Positions 14,238 through 26,100 of a stretch of 64,000 bases of DNA are shown in pieces; position 1 is the first letter of the stretch; each line of letters begins with the position of its first letter. This DNA is from Yuukianura sp. NJ FZ-2021 (lineage: Eukaryota): positions 14,384,001-14,448,000 of the forward strand of contig CM102290.1 of assembly GCA_046563655.1 (NCBI GenBank), written 5' to 3'. The position numbers were made by a program, and so were the translations under genes. Under the pieces are notes generated by a model, which was given only the letters and a program-made list of their open reading frames with translations, did not search any database and was not told where the DNA came from.

Positions 14238-14345
14238 TATACTGGCAGTATAGCGCAGTACAATAATGCAAAACGTAACATATACTGGCAGTATAACACT
14301 GCACAACCTATGTACTGGCAGTATAATACTGCATAACCTTACCTA
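14238..14345. repeat. Short degenerate tandem repeat (tactggcagtata x3)
   Basis: tactggcagtata occurs three times within about 100 bp. Confidence 0.6.
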
Positions 14346-17243
14346 TATTAGAGATAAGGCAAATGTTTACTGCTTGTACCTGACCTAACTGTAAGTGGAA
14401 CGCAAATTACAAAGCTTAAGTAAGACATTCTTCCACGGAAGTGAAATTAAGGTCAAACGAACAACTTTTGACTAAAAACCTAATGTAATACGTTTCATTT
14501 CAAATCAACACAACTCACTGATAAATAACCTACCCTAACAAATACTTGGTAACGTAACAACAAATACTTGGTATACTGTTCAACTACTGCTCTTTACTAA
14601 CCTTGGATTATGTTAAGTAAGCCTAATTAGGTTGACTGGGAGCCTATTGTAAGAAAATGCGGAAATTGGCAAAGTAAATTTATCAAGGTAAAGTTGGCAA
14701 CAAGGCCCAATTAACTTTTTTCTCTGGCGATAGTTGATTGGCCCACCCTGAACCAATCAGTGAGCTTCCTCAGTCCTGCACTGCTACTCTCACATTTCTC
14801 ATTGGACTACTTTATATTGACTTGGTTTTAATTAACTACACTTTTAATTAAGTTGAAATTCTCGGGTATCCAATTATGAATTGTGAAAGACGCAATTACT
14901 CAAATCTACTTCAAATAGTAGGCTGGAATCAATTGGAACAACATCGGTATGATTACTATCAGAACCAGTGAGGGAATTAAATCCACTGATTACATGTTCA
15001 AATACAATCAGGTTCAAGTGGTTCTAAACAGCCAGTGCTTTGCACTCTGTCTGTCATGTCACGAAAAATATTTACTTTTACAAAAGTTAAAGTACCAAGT
15101 GAAAGTAATTGCACAAGTTTAATTGACAGCTGAATTAGACTAGAGACAAAGCACTGATTACTTGACCTGATACAGATGACCTTCTTTGAGACACGAACTC
15201 ACAGATCTGATTGACAAGTTTGGTCATTTCCCGTAGGCGGTCTTCGTCATGATCTTCCTCTCATGACGTCATGAAATAACATGTGAAAAGGCTATTCTTA
15301 GAATTGAGACGTCTCTAATGCATGACAACTTGGATCTTCTGGATAGTCCAAACTCTGGACAGTTGCTGGATGTCAAGCAGTAAGTTTAAAATTTAAAAGC
15401 CATTGAATGTTGACGTTCGTTTGACGTTCACATTTGATTGTCATAATAAAGTCGTTGCACGCAATTCCGACGGCGTGACGTCAACGACGTTTTTCCAACG
15501 ACAGCAACAACAACAAATAGTCCAACTTGCGTCACTCCCGCTGGAATCCAACGTCATGTCAACGTCCACCCAACATGACCTTTGACACTATGCCAATGAC
15601 ATGACACCTTACGTTAGGGTTACGTTAGGATAGGATTATCCATCTGACCGGCCGGCGTACCAATGACATAAGAATGACAGAAAGGATAAGCTTACCTTGT
15701 TCCTTGATTTTGACAGCGGTTGACGTTACTGACGTCTAGATTGGAATTGTCCTTAACCAGAGTATCGGTGCTTGATTAATTAGATGATTGTGTTGTTGTT
15801 GTCTAGTTGAACAACAACAGGTCCTTCCTGTCTGACAGTGATTCGATTACTGCTAGTGGAAAAGACAAGAGGCATAGAAAAGGAGGGAGAATGAGGATGA
15901 AGGAGAGCCGAGCACCTCCCGTGTTCCCACCACCACAATTCAACCATGTACCCATGGGATAACTTAGGACTAGAAACTTAATTAACCGATTTAGATTAAC
16001 CTAATCTCCAATAATCACTGTAGGCTCGTGTCAATTTACTCTGGAAATGCCAACTAGGTCAACCCAAGAGCATACGAACTTATCACACCAAGAAGCCTAC
16101 AGCTGTCAAAGGCAGGCGTGATTTTCGTCTAAACTTTCTACAATGATGACAGCTTTTTGCAAGTTTGCCAAACGTTGTTGACTATTGTATTTAACATAAT
16201 AATTGTAATTAATCACTAATTGTAATTAAGCACTTTAAACTACTTTTCTAATTTTTGTGACTTTGGGAGGTTGGGCACTAAACCTGTTTGTGTTTATGGC
16301 TGATTAAAAATGAAAGACTCGGAAGTCTTACAGACGTGGAAATGTACATGAATTTGTAAATCAATTAATTCACATAAATCATTAAGAAATACGGTAATTA
16401 ATTGCAACATTAACTTAACATTACAGAAGTTAATTAAAATAGCGTCATTTTTCAGAATTCCACGGACATGGCCTGCCATCTAATAGCAAGAAATCGTAAT
16501 TGTATAAAAAAAATTAAAAAAAAAAGTAAAAAATCAGTGTTTTAGAGATGGGCAAGTCATATACTTCGGATACTAGTTGTAATTAACTAATCAATGCAAA
16601 TTAACTTAACTTTATCGAAAAATTAATTTTCCAATTGCTTAGTACAATTCTGGTTTGATTTAATTGGAAATTTATTTTAGTACTAATTAATCGGTACATC
16701 TTGACTTTTTTTTGTGCAGCCGTGGAAAAAACAAGGTGAAAGCTGAAAGTAACTTTTTGTTGAACCCTATGTTCAAACGTTGCGTAAAAATTGTATTTGA
16801 ATTGTGATTGTGATTAATTGTTTAATTATTTATTTTATGACGTCGTTGTTAATTGTTATCCTGGAGTATATTAAAATAAAATAAAAAAAAATTACTAAAC
16901 ATAAGCATAAGCCTGGACTTGGGGACTTGGTATAAACGACAGTATTACATACAATTCCAGTTTGGATTTCACAAAGCCTCCATTGCTCCAAGTTGGAATT
17001 TCCAACTAATTGACAATTAATTACAACTTTCTGGCAATCGATTACTCTTCTTGTGCTGCTAATTACTCAAGCAAGTATTTACCATCGCTCGTTTGATATC
17101 CAAGCACTACTTGCCCTATCGTTATCTTACTGTACTGGTGAGTTTTATTGCTCAATGTGAAATTTAAATACTAATTAGTGAAACACCTTTCTGAGACTAC
17201 GCTAATTGTTTCGTTTTTCAGTGTTCACAAGCTGTCTGGGAAG

Positions 17244-18355
17244 ATGAACGTAACACCGTCGTTTAACTTCAAGATTGTTCTGCTAGGCGAAGGTTGTGTG
17301 GGGAAAACATCAGTAGTGCTACGCTATGTAGAAGACAAATTTAATGACAAACACATCACAACGTTGCAGGTTCGCTTAATAATCAAAACTAAAGTTTGAG
17401 TAGTTTGCATTTTGATTAAGACGTTTTCTTTCTACTAGGCCTCTTTTCTGCAAAAGAAAATCAATCTGTCCGGGAGACGAATCCATTTAGCAATTTGGGA
17501 TACGGCTGGTCAAGAGAGGTTCCATGCACTAGGTCCTATCTACTACAGAGACGCAAATGGAGCCATACTCGTATACGACATTACTGATCAGGACTCTTTT
17601 CAGAAGGTTTGTGGATGATCAGTGATCAGCTATACAGGATGATCAGTGATCAGCTGTGCAGGATGATCAGTGATCAGCTGTGCAGGATGATCAGTGATCA
17701 GCTGTGCAGGATGATCAGTGATCAGCTATACAGGATGATCGATCAGCTGATCACGTATACAGGATGATCAGTGATCAGCTAGACAACATGATCAGTGATC
17801 AGCTATACTACATGATCAGTGATCAGCTGTGCAGGATGATCAGTGATCAGCTATACAGGATGATCAGTGATCAGCTATACAGGATGATCAGTGATCAGCT
17901 GTGCTGGATGATCACTGAATTTGTTTAGTAAACTACATGATGTAGATTTGTAAGTTCTACTTTCATTGTAGGTAAAGAACTGGGTGAAGGAATTGAAGAA
18001 GATGCTTGGAAATGATATTTGTCTGGCGATTGCTGGCAATAAGACTGACTTAGAAAAAGAACGAACTGTGAATGCCGAGGAAGCTGAGACGTAAGTTTGT
18101 TTTAAATCGATTTAGGTTTTTAATTAAGTCAACATTTAAATCAATTGATCCTTGAACAGGTACGCATCCATGGTAGGAGCCCAGCATTTCCTCACCTCTG
18201 CTAAGAATAATACGAATATCGAGGAACTGTTCCTTGACCTCAGTGAACGTATGGTGAAGGCCTCTGAAGCCACGGAAAAGAAACCTCTGCCACGACGGAA
18301 CGTCGTTGTAGTAGAAGAGGAGGCTCCGCCTGTCAAATCTGGATGTTGTGGATAA
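17244..18355 (+). CDS. Rab21: Ras-related small GTPase Rab21
   Basis: Exons 17244-17369, 17439-17606, ~17972-18090 and ~18160-18355. Motifs: GEGCVGKTS, FNDKHITTLQASF, WDTAGQERFHALGPIYYRD, GNKTD, TSAK, C-terminal prenylation GCCG. Confidence 0.95.
17613..17918. repeat. Minisatellite, 24-bp unit ggatgatcagtgatcagct(a/g)t(a/g)ca, about 12-13 copies, in Rab21 intron 2
   Basis: Visible tandem array with one irregular unit near 17732-17761. Confidence 0.95.
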
Positions 18356-19916
18356 GACTAATCTAATTAAGTCTCAAAAAGTTGCATCTTATAACTCTTT
18401 GTAGAAGTAGAAATCTGTGACACCCTTCCTTCCTCAGTAACTTGTGCATTTGAATCAAGTTGTGTCATGATCCAGAACCTAATGTCCGGACCACCGTACC
18501 TGTTCACTCTCTTTCTTCAACAACAAACCGATGCCATACAACTGTAGAATGACTCAAGGTCAAACGTTAGCAAATGACCCACTTCAGAATCAATCAGTTT
18601 TCTCGAAAATTGTGAATAGGCATGCAGATAAGTAACTTGTTTCTAGTCTTAAAAACGGAAAAGTTGAGTATGAAAAAGAAACTGTGACTAATTTTAGTAT
18701 TCAACTCACTAATTGTGGATATTTACAATATTACTAATCGGTGGTATAATTTTAAGTAGGAAACACCATTAACTAATTACTGTTAAACTCTAATTGGGTT
18801 TACAAAATCCAGTGTTCAAGGTCGTGCAAAAAGTTAAGTTCCCATCCAACCTATTAATGAGTGTACTAAACTAAAAGCACTTTTATCTTTTAGCATCGCA
18901 AAATTCTTGTTCTCAATCCAATAATAACCGCTGATCGTTTTCAATAAAACCCGGAAAACGGACGTCAACTTCAACACGTTTCTGTTTAGCTATTATTTAA
19001 CAGGAGTTTTAACGGGTTTAAATGTATCACTTTTAACATGTTGGTTAGAAGTTTTGGCTCGTCAAATTTTACTGTAATTGCTATAAATTTCTATGTCGAA
19101 CTGACTAGAACTAATTGTTAATCAAAAATCTTAAAATCGGTGAAAAGCTTCAACTTTAAAGCTTTAAAGGTTTAAGAAGACTATTGATACGACTTTGTCC
19201 GTCTGTCTGTCTGTCCGTAACATTTTTAGGACCCTTTGCTCCTACTTTTGTGAATCAGTTTGACTTTTAGTTAGAATTTAGAACTCATATTGTACCACAT
19301 TAGTTGGTTCAACGTAATATGGTCAAAAACAATTTGGTCAAAAAGTGATATTAAGCATATTAGCATATTAATAGCAATAACATAGAAAAAATATTACAAA
19401 GCAACCTGATCTAACCTGTTTGTAATAGTTGACATTTTCAGTTTTTGAGCTTTTCACTTTTTGATCAAATTACTATCTTGAACTTGATCACTTCACCTGC
19501 TACGCATTAGTTGCATAAAAGTGACGCAACACGGGAAATTTTTAGTCCACTTCAAAAATACCTGCACTACAACCTTGAGAATGTCGTCGGAGTGTCGTAG
19601 TGTGCGCATGAACAACAAATTTTTCTCACACACTGTCAAATCAGAGATCCTTAACGTTGATATGACGGTACAACTTCATAACTCATCGTGCGTCACAATC
19701 TGGGACGTAAATCCTTTGAATTCCATATATTTTTTGCAATTTCCCGCGTAAATTAGACTTTTTCATAAAATTAGGAAAGTAGAATTAGCCGAAAGGTGTT
19801 AAATTCGGGATTTCCAGCAATTTGCTACGTAAATTGTCTTTTTCATAGTAATTAAAATTAATCCCTAATCGTGTGAACAATTTTTATTTTAGTTGATTAC
19901 GCACGGAAAGTTTGTG

Positions 19917-19953
19917 TATAAAATCCGGACCAGCGCATCCAAAAATCTCAATT
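19917..19953 (+). promoter_or_regulatory. Possible core promoter of the PKS (TATA plus Inr-like)
   Basis: TATAAAA at 19917-19923 and TCAATT about 30 bp downstream, roughly 150-180 bp before the PKS ATG. The background is AT-rich, so support is weak. Confidence 0.3.
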
Positions 19954-20100
19954 AAAATTTCATAAAAGTTGGCTTAAAACTTTCAATTTCCAGAACTATT
20001 TCGTTGTAAAAGCAAAAAGACATATTTTTTTAAACACCAAGATTTTAAAGTTGAGTTTTTTTTTGTTGAATTTTTAGCTTCCTTTTAGCTTTTAGTCGAA

Positions 20101-23100
20101 ATGGGTTCCTTGAGCACTGTTGATGGCACTGACATTACGACGCAATTTAAAAGCAATGTCATCGACAACCCAATTGTGGAAAAAGACACGACAGGAAATG
20201 GAATTGCAATCATTGGAATGAGCTGTCGATTTCCAGGGGCAAACAACCCACAAGAATTTTGGGAAGTGCTTTGTTCAGGTCAAGACGCCATTCGCCCATT
20301 TCCGGCCGAAAGAGCACAGGAAGCCCAAAACCGCTTTGGAATGGAATCGGACATCAAGGCGGGATTTTTGAAATGTGGCGTGGATGAATTCGATGCTAAT
20401 TTCTTTGGAATTAGCCCGAGAGAGGCTCCGTTGATTGATCCCCAGCAGAGGCTTCTTCTGGAAGTGACATGGGAAAGCTTGGAAGACGCGGGAATCAATG
20501 CTCACGAACTCAAAGGGACGCAGACGGGAGTTTTTACTGGAATTTGGCAACCGGATTACGACAGGATTCTAAACTCCACGACGAAAGACGCGAATGATCT
20601 GTTCCATCGCTATCTCGGAAATGCTTTCAGTGCAACGGCATCACGAGTGTCCTACTACCTGGGTCTCCATGGTATGGAAAACCTAATTTCAAAATTAATT
20701 ACCTAATGAATTACTTGAACTAGTTGAATTACCTATTGAATTACTTGAATTACCTACTGAATTACTAAATTAATTATGTCCCTCCTAGTACCTGGGTCTC
20801 CACGGTACAGAAAAGAAAATTTGAACTTGAATTACACAATGAATTACTTGAATTACCTACTGAATTACTTAAATTAATCATGTTCCATAGGTCCAGCAAT
20901 GGCACTGGAATCTGGATGCTCTTCGTCTCTTGGCGCCGTACATGTGGCCTGTCAAAGCCTTCTTACTGGAGAATCTTCGCTTGCAATTGCGGGTGGCGTC
21001 AATTTAATTTTGATTGGAGCAAATCCATTTACAAATTCAACGGAAACGGGGGGTGACTCCATTGTTCTCTCCAAAGATTTCAAGTGTAAAACATTTGACG
21101 AGTCTGCTAATGGATTTGTGCGGTAAAAATCATAAATATCAACTGTTTAACTGAATATGGACAATAATAGGTTGAAGTACATTTGGGATCTTTTCCACAC
21201 TTTTCCCCACATTCCAAATCCTACTCTCCAAATTTTTTCCCCAAGTGCTGCTGCCGCCTGGGGCTTCCACCAAAATGTTGCCACGAATGGTGGGATCACG
21301 TTTTGGTGGGTTTCATTGGGGTGTTCATGTGAAATTCAAAAATAGAAGCACTGGAAGTTGCAATCCACGAATTTCTCACTTGTTCAAGAATTTTAAACAA
21401 CTCTGATCTTTTTTTGAATTTGCCACTTTTTCAATAATTTCAGACAATTCTGAAAATTCCGGGTACAAATGTATCCATCTGATGGGTACATTTGGTGGGT
21501 ACCCTTATCATTAGAAAGGGTGGGTACAAGCGGGGAGCCCAAGTTTACTTCAACCGAATAATGTGTATTCAAAGTGAAATAATGAAGTTAATCCTAATTC
21601 CAGGGCGGAGGGTTGTGGCGTTGTGATTTTGAAGAAGTTTGATGAGGCAGTGGCTGCTGGATGCAACATTTTGGGAGTTGTGCGCGGGAGTGCAATGAAC
21701 AACGACGGAAATGGATCCAGTTTTGGTACTCCGAATGCGCAGGCGCAAGTGCTCGTTTTTGAAAAGGCTCTGGAGAAAGCTGGAGTGACGCCAGATCAAG
21801 TTTCATTCCTTGAAGCTCATGGAACTGGCACTCCCGTTGGTACGCGTCTTTTTACTCTTCACATATATTTTTCATGTTATATTTATTATATATTATATTA
21901 TATTTTTGTAGGTGACCCAATCGAAATGGAAGCCATCCGGCGGGTTTATTCAAAAAATCGAAAAACGCCACTTTACATCAGTTCGGTCAAAACGAACATT
22001 GGGCATTGCGAAGCTGCCGCTGGAATTGCCAGTGTCATCAAATCAATTCTTTGCATGCAAAAGAAACTTCTTCCACCGCATTTGAATTTGAACAAACTGA
22101 ATCCATACATTGACTTGGACCGAATTCCAGCCATTGTTCCCACGGAAGTAACCGAGTGGACTACGCAAAAACGAATCTGCGCAGTAAGCTCTTTTAGCAT
22201 GAGCGCCACCAATGTCCACGTCATTCTGGAAGAGCCTCCTGCTCTTACAGATTCAAAAGTTGCGCCAAAAGGTGCGCAAACTCTTTGTGGACCATTGATT
22301 ATCACAATTAGTGCTAAATCGAAAGATAGTTTGAACTTGTTGGTTCAAGCGTATATCAACTATTTAGAAACCAATAGTAACGTGACTTTAGAAGACTTTG
22401 CATATGCTGTCAACGTCACTCGGGCACAACTGACGCACAGAATTGCTCTTACGGCGTCATCAATTGAAGAGTTGCTGGAAAAACTGAAACGTCAAGATTG
22501 GTCTTACGCCAAATCCAACGCTAACACAAAAATTGCTTTTCTGTTTCCTGGCCAAGGTTGTCAGTATACAGGGATGTTGAAGAATCTCGCGCAAACTTTC
22601 TCCGTTTTTGGAAATGCTCTGAACGAAGCCAATGAAATATTTGAACTTTGCCTCAACAAGAAACTGACGCATGTCATATGGGAAAATCCGACTCTGTTGA
22701 ACCAAACACTGTACTGTCAACCGGCAATTGTCGCCGTGGAATATGCCTTGGCACAACTTTGGAAATCTTTTGGAATTGTGCCTGAGGCTGTTCTGGGACA
22801 CAGTTTGGGCGAAATTAGTGCAGCGATTTTGGCGGGAGTTTTGTCATTGGACCAAGGTTTGAAATTAATCATTGCTCGGAGTCTTCTAGTGGATAAATTG
22901 GAGGAAGGATCCATGATAGCTGTAAGTTCCAGCGAGCAGCAAACAAGATCTATGATTGCTCAATTTCAAAAATCCCGCCAAGATGAGTGGATTGACGTAG
23001 CAGCGGTAAATTCAAACAGCGAGGTTGTTGTATCTGGACCAACAGAAACGATTGGCAAATTTTTGGAATTTTGCCGCCAAAAAGGCGTTGAAACAATTCC

Positions 23101-26100
23101 AATTTCAGCACAACACGCTTTTCATTCAAGACAAATGGACCAAGTTCTCAAACCATTTGGACTTGAACTGGAATCCATACTTGAAAAAACAGTGGCTCAA
23201 CCAATGGTAAAGTACATTTCTGGAACGGAGGCAAAAGTAATAGAAACTGGGGAAGTTTTTGGTCCTGACAATTGGACGCGCCACTTGCGCGACCCAGTTC
23301 AATTTTCGCGCGCGATTCAAATTTTACTCCAAGATGACTTCAAAACTTTTGTTGAAGTTGGGCCCAGTCCGGTTCTCCTTGGCATCACCATGACAAATGC
23401 TGCGGAAATTTCTTTAACCGACCTGTGTGTAGCACCGTCTGCTCGTCGTTCGGACACTACAGTCCAAACATTTCAAAATTCACTCATCAAGCTGTATTTA
23501 CAAGGTCACACAATTGACTGGAGAGGTCAAACGCCCAGCAGAGGTCAACATCTTCAAATCCCAAAGTATCAATTCCAACGACAATGTTACTGGATAGGCC
23601 AAACAGACGAGAGTGAAGAGAATGGACAAAACGGCTTCATGTTTAGTTCAACTGCACAACACGATAAGTTGCATCCGCTCCTTGGCTTTCCCATCTCCGC
23701 TCCTGTTTCGGTAAAAATGTTTGCAAATGTTGTAAACGTTAAAAATTACCAGTATTTGGCAGATCATAAAGTTGCAGGACTTACGGTATACCCCGCGGCT
23801 GCTTTCATGGAAACTGCATTTGCGGCTGCGCGTGAAATTTTACAAGAAGGCGGTACTCTCAAATGCCCTTTGACTTTAGAAAAATTTGGAATTGATGCGG
23901 CTCTGGACATTGGTTGCGGAGTTGAGCTGCATACGACAGTGGAGCAACTTGAAACTGAAAACGGAGTTTCATACAATTTGGAAATTTTCAAAAAGTTGAA
24001 AACCGGAAAATTCAAAAGAAACATTTCCACAACATTTGTGCCAGGTTGTAAAGTGGCAGATAAAATTCAAGTTGACATTGGCGACATCAAGCGACGCTTA
24101 GAAGCAAAAGAAAATGGAGTAGTGGGCCGTGTTTATTCTGAAATCGCCGCAAGGGGAATAGAATTCGGACCAAAATTTCAAAGCATCAAATCCGTCTACG
24201 TCTCAAAAATCGGTGAATTTTTAGCAGAAATTTGTTGTGAAGAAATTTTGAAATCGTCTGACTACATTTGTCATCCTATTCTAATTGACTCACTACTTCA
24301 GACAAAAGCCCTGCAAACATACTTTGTGGATACAAATAATGATTTGAGCGACGGTGAAAACAAAATATGTCTACCAATTGGAATTGAGCAAATCACGTGG
24401 TTTTCAGAAATGTTCACACAGAAACTCTACACTTATTGCTTTCCAAATGAAAACGATGCGTACTCTTCCGTATTTTTGATAAACGAAGATGGACATGTTC
24501 TGCTCGAATTAAAAGGAGTGGAACTAATTGAAACTACGGCTGAAACAGTGTTGAACTCCATTGAACACCAAACCCCAAATGAACTGAATTTTTCAGCCGA
24601 AGTTTGGCGCCCAATTCCAAGTTTTACTCCAAAGATATCAAATGTTGTCCAAAATTTCTGCGACATCTCCATACATTCTGACAAGATCCAAACAATTTTA
24701 CGGGAGCTACAACGCATTCACGACATCAGCCTATCTAATGAGAACTTTAGCAAGATTGGGTTATATTCAATTATATATGCAATTCAACATTGCAACTGGC
24801 CGTACCAGGTTAGCTAAAAAATTAAATCGCGAACTTCTACGAATGCACATTTGGCTTTTTGTTATATATATATTGATATATTGTTTTTATAATTATGATG
24901 TGATTTTTTATATTCATTCATTCATTATATTTATAGGTGGGATCGGTTCTGAAGCGCGAGGATTGGGTCGTACGAATTCCAGAGAATTTACCCCCGCAAG
25001 TTGTTGACTACTATCTGTACAAGCTTCAGAGCGCAGGATACATTCAGAGTATTCCAAATTCGGAAGGCACAGGATACCTCGTAGTAAAACAACTAGAATC
25101 GACTTCAATTCTCGAAAACAATATAGAATACATTATTGCCCAGGCACACAACTATGAAGAGCTCAGACTCTTTGCTCGATGGATGAAAAAATTCTATGAG
25201 GAGCTTCCGCTTGTGCTAAGTGGTAGAATGACTCCCATCGAGTACCACTTCCCTACTGACACGTCGAAACTTAGTGCAATTGCGTTCTACAACGACGACT
25301 TGATTTACCGGTTTCAGAGTAAACTTGCAATGGAGTGCTTAATTGAAACTGCTAGAAACTCGGTGATGCCGATGTCAGGGGCATCCAAAGAATGTGAATC
25401 ATCTGTTTGTCCCAGCGGCCAAAATTTAAATATACAAATTTTGGAGGTTGGTGGTGGAGGTGGAATGGCTACTCAAATGATTGTTTCTGAGTTCAAGTCC
25501 ACTTCAGTCCAATTTGAGTACACTTTTACAGATATTTCACCCATTCTTGTGGAAGCGGCTAAGCAAACATTGTCAAGCTACTCAGAACTTAGTTTCCAAA
25601 CGTTCGATATTGAACAAGATCCACTTGCGCAAGGGTATTTGCCAGGTTCATTTGATGTAATATTAGCATGTCAAGTATTACATGCAACGAGGAATTTGGA
25701 AGAAACGCTACAAAATTTGAGAGTTCTGCTCCGTCCAAGCGGTCGCTTGATTTTTACTGAGTCGTTTGGGAGTATAGAAAGCATAGAGTGCAGCTTTGGA
25801 TTGCTGGAAGGTTGGTGGAGATTCAACGATTTCAGAAAAGAGGCCGGAAACGTCACACCAATCGTATCTTCTAATATGTGGCGCGAACTTCTGATCAACA
25901 CTGGATATGAAAATGTTACGACTATTGAAACGGCGTTCCCGTTCGGAGTAACTGTAGCTAACAAATTAGATGCGTCGTGGTTGCCTAGTGCGACTGCATT
26001 AAGTTGTGAACATTCCTCAAGGCCTAGCTGGATATTGGTGTCGGATCAAAATTCGTTGGCTGGAAGTGTCGCCAAATTGCTTCGAGAGTCAAACAGAAAT

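Noticed and set aside
17613..17918. CRISPR-like array
   Set aside because: Repeats are contiguous with no unique spacers, lie in a eukaryotic intron, and no cas genes are present.
21840..21911. Hydrophobic insert TRLFTLHIYFSCYIYYILYYIFV inside the KS in ORF 21623-24817
   Set aside because: It is a 72-nt GT-AG intron that happens to be in frame without a stop. Splicing restores GTPVGDPIE.
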